Assembly (NCBI GenBank): GCA_012295275.1
Contig: CM022673.1
Coordinates: forward strand, 15,252,001-15,316,000
DNA length: 64,000 bases
DNA from: Chrysomallon squamiferum
Lineage: Eukaryota > Animalia > Mollusca
Direction: 5' to 3'
This document shows, piece by piece, positions 1 through 12,377 of this stretch. The translations under genes were made by a program, and so were the position numbers. The stretch's first letter is position 1; every line of letters starts with the position of its first letter. Below the pieces are notes generated by a model that did not search any database, was not told where the DNA came from, and worked only from the letters and a program-made list of their open reading frames with translations.

Positions 1-308
1 TCAATGTAGCAGTAACAGAATTAAAAATATTTTAAAATTAATGTGAAATTAGTTTATTTTTCATCCTTGTATACATTATGATTCTAAAAACAGTAAATAT
101 TGATAAGTTATATCTGTATGTACGTATTTTAAACGGTTTGCTTGGGCTTTCCTGAAATTACAACTAATAATAAACATGATTAATGGAAATTTAAGTTACA
201 AAAACACCAGAGCTCTTATCGGTCAGACTGGTCTAGGGTATACAGGCACTGTGAAAGTTTAATTGTCTGATGCATATTGCTAACAAGTTTGATTCGAAAA
301 ACATGAAC

Positions 309-320
309 TAAATGAATAAA

Positions 321-352
<32 letters not shown>

Positions 353-532
353 AATAATAATAATAATAATGATAATAATAATAATAATAATAATAATGAT
401 AATAACAACAATAACAATAGCATTAATAATAACAACAATAATAATAATAAGAGCAAATATAACTATTATAACAGTGACTACAACAATAATAATAATGATA
501 ATAATGATGATGATTTTGGATGATGATGATAG
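309..532. repeat. (TAAA)n + (AAT/GAT)n microsatellite
   Basis: Read directly; source of the poly-Ile ORFs. Confidence 0.95.
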
Positions 533-1591
533 TAAAAACATAAAAAATAAGTATTAAAGTTCATATGATTTACAATAGTCACAAATTAACCTAATTTGTT
601 ATTAAGACATATATTCTATTCCACTTAAAGTCAGAACAAATATATATATATAATAGAAAAATTATATTACACGATTTGAATTTAATATTGTTCGTTACTT
701 ACATTTTCATTAAAAAGTATAATAGCTAAGACAAAAAGAGCAATAAGAAAGAGGTTGAAAGCACACACACACACACACACACACACATTAAACACGATCA
801 ATAGATGTCGGTAGAAACTATAACTTACGTCTTTTCGTCATTGACACTGCTGTTATGATAAATCAGACAAAATGCGACTTCCTGCTTTTCGTATTATTTT
901 TTTAACCGATTATTTTCTTAGTTTCAGTGCAGACTGCGGTAGACTGTAATTTTTGGAAAGAAAACTTTTGAGAATTAAGTGCATGCGGACAAATGCTGTG
1001 TCGCTGTTTGGAAGCGGCATAATCTTTTCGAAATCAAGTCGACATTTCCTGAATAAAGCATCGAGTTACTGCAGGTTAAATAAGATTTCTCGTTATCAGC
1101 GAGTTTATCGTTATTTTAACATGTCTTGCAGACTATACTGTAAAAAGAAAGATGTAGCTGACCAGCAGCTTCTGACGTCATTGCGCTATATTTATGAGAT
1201 AATATATGTGCTGCCAAGATGTTTTTTAAAAACATTAAATTAAATAGTTAAGTATAGAATAATATTAGATGTACAGCTTTTACAAAAATTAGTTCAAATC
1301 GGTACTCATTTTAGGATCACAATATATTAAATGTAAATTGTCGTATATGGACGAGTCTCACTGACATAATTTATTTCCATTCATCTGATTTTAATATATG
1401 TAACCTCTTTCGAAAAAAGAAAAAAGAAGTAATAAGATAAAATATATATATATATATATCATTCGTAATCAGAAGGTGTTCTTATTTCAGTTGCAAAAAC
1501 TAGTTTCAGCAATTTAACATTTAATGATACTAATACATTGCCAGTACTTACGTATTTGCTATTTTATATGCAATATAATTAACGATTAGAA

Positions 1592-1900
1592 CAGATTATT
1601 ATATCTTAACATTTTTATTGTTATAAATGGAGCATTCTGAACGTCTGAAACAAGATTGCATTATAATATTAATAACCAATAGGCATTTTATTTTAGATTC
1701 TTATATTTGTATACTTTTGTATTGTTAAAAATGGAACATTTTCAGTATGAAACAAGGTTAATTTTACATTATAATCTTAATAATCAAGACGGATTTTGTT
1801 TTAGATTCTTATATATTTGTACCTCTGTATTGTCTTTAATGGGAAATTCTTAGTCGGAAACAAGGTTAATATTATATCATAATCTTAATAATCTACAGAC
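1592..1900. repeat. Diverged tandem repeat, about 3 copies of a 102-108 bp unit
   Basis: GAAACAAG at 1647, 1749 and 1857. TTTTAGATTCTTATAT at 1691 and 1799. ATAATCTTAATAATC is repeated. Confidence 0.85.
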
Positions 1901-2544
1901 GATGTAGTTTCATCTATAAACAGTTCTTTCACCTATAGTCATTTAGCAACTGGAATGTACAATATAATGTGTTCCACTTTACATATAATGCATTTTCTTT
2001 ACTCTCACAGCAAGCACAGAGTGCCAGACATGTTGCTTTTGATTTTAGTTTCAGCTGATATACTCCTTTAGATTCACACAGTAGGTAACATCGTATGAGC
2101 TCAAAGAGCCAGTTTGGTGTTTATATAAACTAATTATCTTTTAATAACGATATGTCACAATACATTACTGATAAAGCTGAAGGTTTAATAAGATGCATGT
2201 TGTTTTGTTTTGGTTTGTAGAGATTACCATGAGTGGCGTGTATTTTTCTCTGTATTTTAAATTTTGAATGATTATGATGAATTATAAGTTAATAAATGAA
2301 TAATATGTTATGTATTATTTGAAAAAGGAGAGTTAATTTTTTTTTTTTTCTCTATTTGTAAATTTGGTATTAACAGACAATGTTAGGATTGTAATAATTA
2401 TATCAAATATTATTTTTAAAGTGAATTTTGAAATTTTAAATTTTCGTTCTATTCAGATGTTGAAATTTATTTATGTGTAATGAATATTTTCTGTTCATGT
2501 GTTACGTAAGATAACCAGACGAAAATAGAAGATAAAAAAAGAAA

Positions 2545-2627
2545 GAAATCCCAATGGGTTGTTGACAAGGATCGATTTTTGATTTATTCAGTACAACAGA
2601 TGATTTTACCAATGAGATATATCTCGC
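2545..2627 (-). mobile_element. Degenerate SINE-like head, same family
   Basis: GAAATCCCAATGGG...AGGATCGAT...TACCAATGAGATATATCTCGC reads as a reverse-complemented A/B-box head. It shares GGATCGAT with the copy at ~20207. Confidence 0.45.
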
Positions 2628-3339
2628 TTTATCCAAGGTACACGACAAGGTTTCATAAAACTCGTCTTTGCTGAATAATACAGCAAATGTCTGATCACAA
2701 CATTGTGTCAGTTACCTTTAAATAAACAACAACCAATCCAAAAAAACAACAAAAAAACAACAACAACAAAACACACAACAAAACAAATACAAAAATAAAT
2801 GAATAATAAAAAATAATAAATATTAAAAACAAACAACGAATAAATAAATGTAAATTTGAAAAAAAGTACTGTTAAAAAAAAAAAAAAAAAAATTGAAATA
2901 TGAAAGCTTTTCATACGCTCGCATTAAAAGCCTCAGTATCATTGTAAAAAAAAAAAAAAAAAAAAAAATCGGTTTTCTGTTTCTATATTTATTTGTCCTG
3001 CACTCCTTTACCGACATTAATCATTCAGTACAAGACCACATGATTATTGTTTTGATCACAGAATAATGTGCAGTGACATTTTGAAAAATAGATTGTGAAC
3101 TGAAATAAAAGAAGAAGAAAAAAGGGGAAAAAATGAAGTAAAAGAAGACAACAGTAGGACATCTAAAAATAAAAGTAATTTCCGTTCATATTAAGTGAAT
3201 AAAAAACCCATTGTTAATTGAATTTTATATTCAGTGCAGTTCTTTGAATAAATCAATAGAAATTAGAAAGAAGAAGAAATGATATAAATAAAAATAAAAC
3301 GGTTTGCTGGATTTAAGTAATGTCATAAACAAAGAGACC

Positions 3340-3470
3340 TGGGTAACTCACTGACAGTACTCATTACTTCAAACATAACAGATCGCAGGTTCCATCCGCG
3401 GTAGTGGTACGGTTGTTCGTTTTCTCGTTCCAACTAATGTCTCTGACAGTATACAAGATACTATAATAGG
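3340..3470 (+). mobile_element. Degenerate tRNA-headed SINE-like element, 5' part
   Basis: A-box-like GGTAACTCACTGACAG and B-box-like GGTTCCATCC, followed by TTTCTCGTTCC. The reverse complement AACGAGAAA recurs in related contexts at ~31007 and ~31954. Confidence 0.5.
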
Positions 3471-3873
3471 TATTAAGTGTTTTTGCAGTATATAAACGAT
3501 CTTTCACTACTTACTTTAACCTATGTAGGGATTTATCTTTGATATTTCCAGTTTACGCAAAATAATAAAAAAAAAAAAAAAAATAAAATAAAAAATAAAA
3601 AATGATTTCAATGAATAAATAAATAAAAATAAAGTAATACTAAAAATGAATAATAATAAGAAAAATATCTTCAACCAAAATCTCTAATTTTAAATATTAA
3701 AATATTTAATTTGTTTTTCATCTATCTTTATTTACGACAGCATGCAATTGAATATCCTTGAGTCTATTTTTATACTTTAGAGATTTTACCTTGTATTGTC
3801 AGATTTTGGGATTACAAAGTTAACAAACGTCTAGAGAGCTGATAATTTTTGAGCATGGTAGATATATTTTCGT

Positions 3874-4055
<182 letters not shown>

Positions 4056-4499
4056 ACGATTTTAGTCCAAATCTCCTCACCAGACTTTTTAAATCCTCAC
4101 CAGAATATCTGTTTAAATCCTTACTGTATCTGAAAGATTTCTGTAGATTCAGCAGATCCTTTTGGATGCAGCAAAAGGTGATTCTGATTCTGCACTGGTG
4201 GAAATGTTAAGTCTTGATTTCAGACCTGGCATAAAAAAACAGTCGATTGTCTGTCTATGCTGGAGCCGGAATAAAACAGGATATTGGCATTTCTGCCCTC
4301 GGTGTTGATTTGAACAAATTAAACTGGCTATCAATCTGTCGACAGGAAGAAAAACAAATACCACTTGCTATGTCAGTGAACCTCTTCTGTTAATTGTGAA
4401 AAAAGGAATTCTACAGCAAGAAGAAGTTGAAAATGGAGCGAAATACTAGTAATGTCGGCTGCTTCTCTGAGTCAGGCTGAACATTTTACTACAGCACCT

Positions 4500-4830
4500 A
4501 TATTATTACTGATACTACTGTTACTCCTACGACTTTAACTACTAGTACTACTATTATTGCTGCTACTATTACTGATACTACCATTATTACTACCTCTACA
4601 TCTTCTACTGCTACTACCACTATCACTACCACTACGTCTATATTATACTCTCTCTTATTCCGTATTCTACTACTACTACTACAATGCTACATCAGCTTCT
4701 AGTACTATAATACTAATACTTCTGTATACTACCACCAACATCCAAAACTACAGCTTCTGTTACTACTGCTACTACCACTAATAATATTACCATTATTACT
4801 ACTTCTACTGCTACTTCTATATCATATTAT
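4500..4830. repeat. Degenerate (ACT)n low-complexity tract
   Basis: TACTAC/CTACTA periodicity. Confidence 0.85.
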
Positions 4831-5399
4831 AATTAGTAATAGTGATACATTTTTCCAAATCATGGTACATTTATTTTGTGATATTACTAAGCAGGTTAAC
4901 CTACCTTTTATCTTTAAAAATTGATAATCTTTGGCTAAAACAAAAACAAAGTTGATGGTCGCATAGACTGTCGGTATGACTTTAGTAATAAATCGATTTT
5001 CACATTTTCAGGATTTTGTTTAGTTTTAGACTACCATTATACAAAGTTATATAACACAGCTATGACGAAAACATTTTAAATAACCATCTGCTATGGTGAA
5101 CATGCTAAGTATGAAAACCTCTCTACAAGAAGACAAAAATAATTAAATCGGTCGTAAATGTCTTTAAATGGAACCATAAATGTTAGATTAATGGAAATTG
5201 ATTTAGTACTAAATTATAAATTATTGCTCTTTATATTTTAAATAACTTTTATTGGGCTTTTTATCTGAAATGTATGGTCAACTGTTTCCTCTGAATAGTT
5301 GGCAGGCCGAACTATGTTTTACTTCTGAATCAATATATCATTATAGCAGGCACATTTTTTTTTGTATTAATATAATAAATTTAACTTTTTCTATATCAG

Positions 5400-5980
5400 T
5401 GTAATACAGTTGGCCGTTTCTTTATCGATATATTGTGTTTCATGTCAGTGCATTCTCGGTATGACTCAGTATTATGCTAATTAGGATGTACCTTTTACTC
5501 TGCTGCTGCGTTGATATAACCCTTTTATATAAATTTACCTGATGTATGTCGGTATATTGATGAAATGTGACTTTTATTTCGCATTTAAATACATTTCTGT
5601 ATTAATATACTGACTATGCTAACTTTTATGTCTGTATAATGTTTTTATGATGTCTATATATCATGTTTTCCATGTCCAGCTAACATTTTACTTTAGTGCC
5701 TTTGGCGAGACGAGTTTTTTAAATGCCACTGTCTTTTGGTTTCTCTATGTCGCTAACCTAACCAATGTCAGGATAAAGAGGTATGCCTATTAAATAGAAG
5801 TGCAATAAAGATGTGAACGTTTTCTGGGACTAGGTAAATGGACTTGGACTTGTGAAGAAGGTGAGTTTTACTATGTGTTAGAACTCCAGGCTCTATCTAT
5901 ATTAGCTACAAAATCTTAGCTGAAGTGGGAGAAATTGTAAACACATGCTTTGATAAATCACTGCCGATAAATCCATTACA
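5400..5980 (+). mobile_element. Candidate solitary or orphan LTR (581 bp)
   Basis: Bounded by a perfect terminal inverted repeat TGTAAT...ATTACA. Internal TATTAAATA (~5788) is followed by AATAAA (~5804). The right end is followed by C-TGG, resembling the start of a tRNA primer-binding site. No target-site duplication and no second LTR in the window. Confidence 0.4.
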
Positions 5981-6292
5981 CTGGCAAATTACGTTTCTTA
6001 GAAGAGTTTTGAGAGAGAAGCGGTTTTGGAGTTAAGATAAAAAAGTGTAATAATTTTATAAATAAATAAGTAAATCAAATAAATATATAAAGTAAGTAAG
6101 TAATAAATAAGTAAATAAATAAATCAACAATCAGGTCCCTAGCCGACCTTGCGGAAATTTCCTTTCAATTTTGATTTCATAACATAAAGAATTAATAATC
6201 AAATTTTCGACAACATGACTCCACTAAAGGAATTTTCACATTTCATATTATTTACTATTTGACATTTCTTCCTTATTATGTCTCCCTTATAT

Positions 6293-6347
6293 CAGGTGGT
6301 GCCCTGGGGCGACTTTACCGAGTTGCAGGTACCTCCCACCGCCCCTG

Positions 6348-6349
<2 letters not shown>
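6293..6349. mobile_element. Short GC-rich MITE-like terminus
   Basis: GGTGCCCTGGGGCGAC...CCCACCGCCCCTG is abruptly GC-rich within AT-rich flanks and ends in a CCCCTG terminus. Confidence 0.3.
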
Positions 6350-6383
<34 letters not shown>

Positions 6384-6745
6384 GTTACTAAGATATGTAT
6401 AATTGTTAATTTTGTCTTTTAAACTTAAATACTTTTGTATGTTTGTCAGGATAATATGTCTATATTTATAAGATTTACTATTTAGCACTAGCAATTACAA
6501 AATAATTAGGACTGATTTAAATATTTATAAACCGGATAATCAGGAGATTTATGTCTTTTAGCACATTAAATTGTTTTTATATTTTGTTATATTGATATAT
6601 TTATTACTAATTGTACATATTAAACAGTATCTTCTGTGGAGGTATAAAAAAAATAAAATAAAATAAAATAAAATAAAATAAAATAAATAAATAAATAAAA
6701 TACCTTCCTTTACAGTTCATTTGGAGTGAAAAAGGACGAAAACAA

Positions 6746-6751
6746 TTTATT
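6746..6751 (-). terminator. Candidate polyadenylation signal AATAAA for the GPCR transcript
   Basis: TTTATT on the + strand about 250 nt past the stop codon. A second copy is at 6600-6605. The hexamer is common in this AT-rich DNA. Confidence 0.3.
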
Positions 6752-7000
6752 TTTTCTGGTGGCCTCTTAACGTAAATCGTAACTAATATTTGCTCAGCCT
6801 CTTACCCTAGATCTTTAAGCAAACACAAAACACGTTTATAGTGTTTACTTAGTAGCTAAAGGTTTGTCGTAAACACCATAACAAACTAAATATGTTATTA
6901 ATATTATTATTATTATTTCTTTATAACAGCATCGTCATCAGCAAACAGAAAGGATAAAAATCCCCATTTATAATGATAATGGATCACAAGTTAATGGCTT

Positions 7001-7901
7001 TCACATACAGGATGATTTTGTGTGATAATCCTCTCCATTACGGTAGTCTATAGCGTCCGAGACGGAGCTTTTATCGCTTCTCGAAGCCTCTTTGGAAGCA
7101 AAACGAACTCGTAACCGAAAACCGTTTTGGTTTTCCTCTGTTATTATCATTGATTTAGCTCTGTCGTGATGGGATCCGCTACTCGAGTTCGACACGGACT
7201 CTCTGAATCTATGAGAGCTAGGTTTATTGAACCTGTGAATCATGTTGTAGTCCTCATATCCTGAAATACACTCAGAAGCTCCGCCGCTTCTTATGCTCAT
7301 CCTACGATTGGCGAGTTTGTGCGGACAAAACACTTCCATGAGTCCTCGCTTCAGTTTAATGTTGAAGAACCCGTAAAGTAAAGGATTCAGCGCACTTTGT
7401 AACAAAGCTATTGTCTCGGCGAAAACCATCACAGTTTGTGGAATCTCATATTTATAATCACTGTAAATACGAATCAGAGTCGTTACAAAATACGGAGTCC
7501 AACAAGCCACAAAACTGGCGATGATACTGAATGTCATTTTGATTGTTTTGATCTTAGCACGGGGAATGGCCTTCTTGTCCACCATTGCACGTCTCAGAGT
7601 GCCGTTGTCTCTATTGGATGAAGCTATCGTTTTACCCTGCCGCCAAACGACAAGGACGACGTTGACGTAGCAGTACGATAAAAGAATGGCCGGAATTACG
7701 AGAATGTATGAAGTCATGAATGTGAAATACAACCTACGTTGCCAAGCAGCGGTGTAGCCTCGGCTTTTGCAGGCGTAATACACGCGTGCGCCGTGTTTAT
7801 TGTCCACCACCTGTACGAATATGAAGAGCTGTGGTATAGAGAACAGAAACGCCATTATCCATGATATCAGTATCATCTGTTTGGCACGAGACGTTGTAGC
7901 C
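7001..7901 (-). CDS. Neuropeptide GPCR, coding exon 2: ICL2 to C-terminus
   Basis: Acceptor TTTATTTCAG|G at 7902/7901. The splice is in frame (AG+G = Arg), reading ...CQPLIY-R-ATTSRAKQMILISW. Contains TM4 WIMAFLFSIPQ, the ECL2 Cys, TM5 YFTFMTSYILVIP, ICL3 IPRAKIKTIKMT, TM6 CWTPYF, TM7 QSALNPLLY, helix-8 MEVFC, a Ser-rich tail and TGA at 7003-7001. Joined CDS is 1389 nt = 462 aa + stop. Confidence 0.96.
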
Positions 7902-7904
7902 CTG

Positions 7905-8125
7905 AAATAAATGAATAAATAAATAAATAAATAAATAAATAAATGAATAAATAAATAATGAAGTAAGTAAGTAAATTAATAAAGACATCAATTATCACAA
8001 CAACATCAACGAGAACAATAACAATAACAGCTAAAAAAACAACAACAACATAATAATAATATAATAAAATAAAAAAAAAAGGAAAGGAAAAGAAAAAATG
8101 GAAAAAAAAAAGAAACAAAATAACG

Positions 8126-8221
<96 letters not shown>

Positions 8222-8230
8222 CACACACAC
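7905..8230. repeat. Compound (AAAT)n, (TA)n, (AG)n, (AC)n tract at the 3' end of the GPCR intron
   Basis: Read directly. (TTTA)n on the minus strand abuts the splice acceptor. Confidence 0.92.
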
Positions 8231-9090
8231 AACAAATAAATAAAGCGTAATAATATTAATGTTAATAATAATAATAATACTATTAATAATATTAATAATA
8301 ATACTTTTCGGTTATTATTATTTACAAATATCTTAATACTACTATATTACAATTTAAAAAGAAAGAATAAACCTATACAGTATTATAGATACACATACTG
8401 ATACTGTTAAAGTTACTATAATAATTTTTACAATGAAACAAATAAAGTAACTAATTGCAAATATTTTTACTGCTACTCATTCTGTACCAATAATTTTTTA
8501 AATGTATATATGTATGTATGTGTGTATGTATGTTTGTAAGTATGTCTGTCTACCTGTCTGTCTGTATGATGTATGTATGTATTATGTATGCATTCTAATA
8601 ATTCTAATAATAAACAACTGAAATCTAACACGAACAATTAGTTATGTTTTCATATCACATTCTCAAAGCCAACACATCATCATTTCAGTAACGCTGAAAA
8701 CAACGCGTGACTGCAATATCGTTTAATTCTCTAACGATCTCATTTTACGACTTTTTATCTTCCGATAATTTGGCAATTCCTGAACGCAATCTACAAAAAG
8801 TGATTTACGTAAGACTATTTGTTTATTTTAGTGAGCTAACAGATGCTATCTTTGCCTCCTGTGAGATTTATGGGCGAAGGTCATGATACTTGAGTCTGTT
8901 GGAAGTTTTGTACAGAGTGTTAGTGTTACAGGTACGTCATGCACACTGAGAAAAACAGATGGATGCCGTAATCGTAACAAGACATAAAAGTCACTTTATT
9001 TTATTTATTTATTTTACTTGTGCTGCAATTTCTTTACATTTTTTTTAAATATTTCATTTCTTACTTTATATTTGCTTTGATATAAACAAA

Positions 9091-9352
<262 letters not shown>

Positions 9353-11614
9353 CTTTATTTGAGTGTTCGTTTACAATTTGTATGAACGGATCTTTAATTT
9401 CCCTATTCGCACAGATGGAAATATCTACGTCTGTTTGTGGCAAGGTGTGGTAAAATCCTAATTAGGACATCTAACAGTATTGATCCCGTGTCTCATGGTT
9501 GCTCAGGTAAGCACTTTAAATACGATAAACAGCCAGATAACAGGAAAACACATTCCATGACCTTTTGCCACACAATCTGAGAAAAACTGGATGGAACATA
9601 CACATGTGTGTTTTCTGTGCATCTTTATTAGTTTATTTTGGCTTCTGGTTTCGTATCAGATAAACACAGACAATGTTGTTTTGTCTTAGTCAAATATAAA
9701 ACAGTCGTTCTATCGTATTAAAACAAATGATTTATCAGTGCCAAATATAACACCGATTGTTTTGTCTGAGCTGAAGAAGAACAAAAAATCAAGACGATTA
9801 AAATAACCATCACTATTTAGTAGAAATGAATAACAGACTTAGAATTTTACTTTCGTTACTTATTATTGTTTCGTGTTCTATTTCAGCCTTCTGTTTCAAT
9901 AATTTGAAGAAATCACAGATGCCAGTAATATAAACTTACACATAATTATGCATTCACAATGAATAAATACATAATATCAAAAAGTAAATAAATACATGTA
10001 ATAAAATAGTAATTATATTATTATTATTTTAAGTAGTGATAATAATTAAATAATAATTTAAAAAAATTTAAAATCTAACAAAACAACAAAAACTACACTT
10101 TAAAAACAAATAAACAAACAAAATATATAAAAAAAAAAATAAAAAAAATCAATAAGCTTTAATGTTTCTTTCCTTTTTATTCTGTTTGGGGTTTTGGGTT
10201 GTTGTTCTTTTAAACAAAAATGCACGAAAGTCTATACGCTTTTTTATTATTTCCTTTGCCCTCTTTTTTATTTTTAAATCAAGCAAAAAAGAAAAACTAT
10301 TAGTTTATTATTTTGTTAATCTAACGTGAGAAACATTCCGATCCAGTGCGTTTCAGGCACAGTATAAAAACATATCAAAAACTTTCAAATGAAACATAGC
10401 ATATAAAATGACATTTGTTCACTGATTTGGTCTGGTGAAGCCAATAATTAAATAACACGCACTATTAAGCTATATCGTTTAACCTGTTTTATCGCCAAGG
10501 TGTAATAGTCGACAGAATTGTCCGTGACAATCAGTGATTTTCATTGCATTCAGTGATAATGAACATTAATTTTTTATTTATTAGGACATAATAAAGCAGT
10601 TTCATTGAAATGTTTCTAAATTATATTCGGAATCATGATGTCGGTGAAAAATAATTAGGAAATAAATGGGAAAATTAATTATGCGGGTATATACATCATT
10701 ATTTGTAAACGATGGTTGTATGTGACGAATATAAACGAATAAAGATCTGTTTAGCAAAACATTAGCATATTTTTATTATTATTATTATTATTATTTTTTG
10801 TAAAATAAATCAGTTAGTATCATTTTATAATAGTACATATCGGTAATGTTTACTGAATATTAAGCTTATTGTTTTCTAAATACAGTGGAATTACAATTTG
10901 AGATATGAACCTCAGTTGCATTAACCATTTGATGTCCTACAGACTAGCATCAACTTTTCACAGGCAGCTAAACTCATCCTAGAGCACTTGATAAATCAAT
11001 CTTGCTGCTGTGGCTGGACTTGGATACTGATGTATGTGTGCACCACGACAGACTGATATAGAAATAATCACACCTCAAATGAAGACCTTAACTTTTGATC
11101 TAAATTCATTCATTTCTTTTTATTTCTCGAAAGAGAAAATTAATATTCAGGAAGTTAGCCGATCTTTGTGACAAGACTGAAAATAATGAAGAAAAATAAG
11201 AAAACACGGGAATTTTAATTTAGAAAAATGTAAGCGAATGTTACTTGAGGTATTCTGATCCGTTTTTTTTTTTTCTTTTTAACCTTTTATTCTTTGCTGC
11301 ATCTTGAGAAATGGAATCTAAAAATGTCATCGGTACAAAACGATTATTTCAGGTCAGTAATGTATCATCGTCTTTGAGCCCGTGCAATATGCTGGAAAAC
11401 ACTGTGGTTTTATTACGTTCGTGTAAGCACGAAGCAGCAGCGCTGAATACTGTTGTTTAGTCGCGGTTTGTCGAGATTCAGTAATAATATTTTTTGTTTT
11501 TATTATTGTTTCTATTAATTAAATCCGAGTGAAAATATAAAAATAAAAATGTTTATGAATACACATACATCATGTGTAGAGACAGACACAATGGCAATAG
11601 CATCAATGAAACAT

Positions 11615-11745
11615 CACCACCAACATCACCACAACGAAAACAACAACAAACAACAACAACAACAACAAACAACACCACAACAAAAACAACAACAACAGAT
11701 AACAACAAATGCAACAACAACAATAACAAAAACAAAAATAAAATA
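11615..11745. repeat. (CAA)n-type tract
   Basis: Read directly; intronic. Confidence 0.85.
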
Positions 11746-11854
11746 GTCCAATCCATTACTGAATCCGTTCATGAAAAACACACGCACACATCAACATTAT
11801 TGACTGACCTATTAATTTATGGCTGAATCTCACATAACAAAATTATTAACTCAC

Positions 11855-12342
11855 CTATAAATTAACGGTTGACAGATTGCCATGTATCTGTCAAAGCCCA
11901 TCGCCGTCATAATAAAAGTTGTGCTGGCAAGAGTAACGATCTGCAAATAAGTCAACAGTTTGCAGGCGACGGGGCCTAAAACCCACTCCCCGAATGCAAC
12001 GAACAGAATTTCAGTTGTCATGGTACAAAAACACACTGTAAGATCGCCAATGGCTAAGTTCACAATAAAGACATTTACTCTGCTGTTTCTTTTTCTGTAT
12101 CTGCTGCACGTAAGAACAATAATTATAATCGTATTACCCACAAGCGTCAGTAACATTATAAACACTAATGTCGTCACTCGTTGTATCACTTCCGGCGTCC
12201 ATATGACGATCTCTTGGCTGGACGCCGTCGTAGAAATCCGATCCGCATTTGAACAGTTTCTCTCGTCCGAGCCAGGTATGCATTCCGGTTTTTTAACTTG
12301 AGCCAGATAAGCCATGAATTCGTAATGGGTTCTGTTAGCCAT
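11855..12342 (-). CDS. Neuropeptide GPCR (vasopressin/CCAP/NPS/GnRH receptor superfamily, possibly achatin receptor), coding exon 1: N-terminus to TM3/ICL2
   Basis: First ATG at 12342; the ORF-track start at 12345 is GTG. Encodes N-glycosylation sequons NRT and NCS, TM1 LLTLVGN, TM2 FIVNLAIGDL, ECL1 WVLGPVAC and TM3 ...MGFDRYMAICQPL. Ends at a consensus donor TATAG|GTGAGT (exon end 11855, phase 2). Upstream acceptor TTCTTCTTCTTTTCAG| puts the exon start at 12377. Confidence 0.96.
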
Positions 12343-12377
12343 CACAGGAACGAAAGCAATATTTTATAAGCTTTCAT
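12342..12377 (-). promoter_or_regulatory. Upstream ORF MKAYKILLSFL* whose stop overlaps the GPCR start (TGATG)
   Basis: Minus strand reads cag|ATG AAA GCT TAT AAA ATA TTG CTT TCG TTC CTG TGA TG. The A of TGA is the A of the main ATG at 12342. The sequence is seen directly; its function is not shown. Confidence 0.6.

Noticed and set aside
3340-3420. tRNA gene (also considered at ~20200 and ~59190)
   Set aside because: Only degenerate A/B-box remnants; no cloverleaf can be folded. Better explained as SINE heads.
10890-11070. Fragments (also ~19350-19440 and ~29310-29430) that may belong to a second SINE-like family
   Set aside because: Similarity among them is too weak to demonstrate by eye; needs a profile search.
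11960-12301. 113 aa + strand ORF (and 7436-7621) overlapping the GPCR exons
   Set aside because: Antisense shadows of real coding exons with non-ATG starts and no independent evidence.
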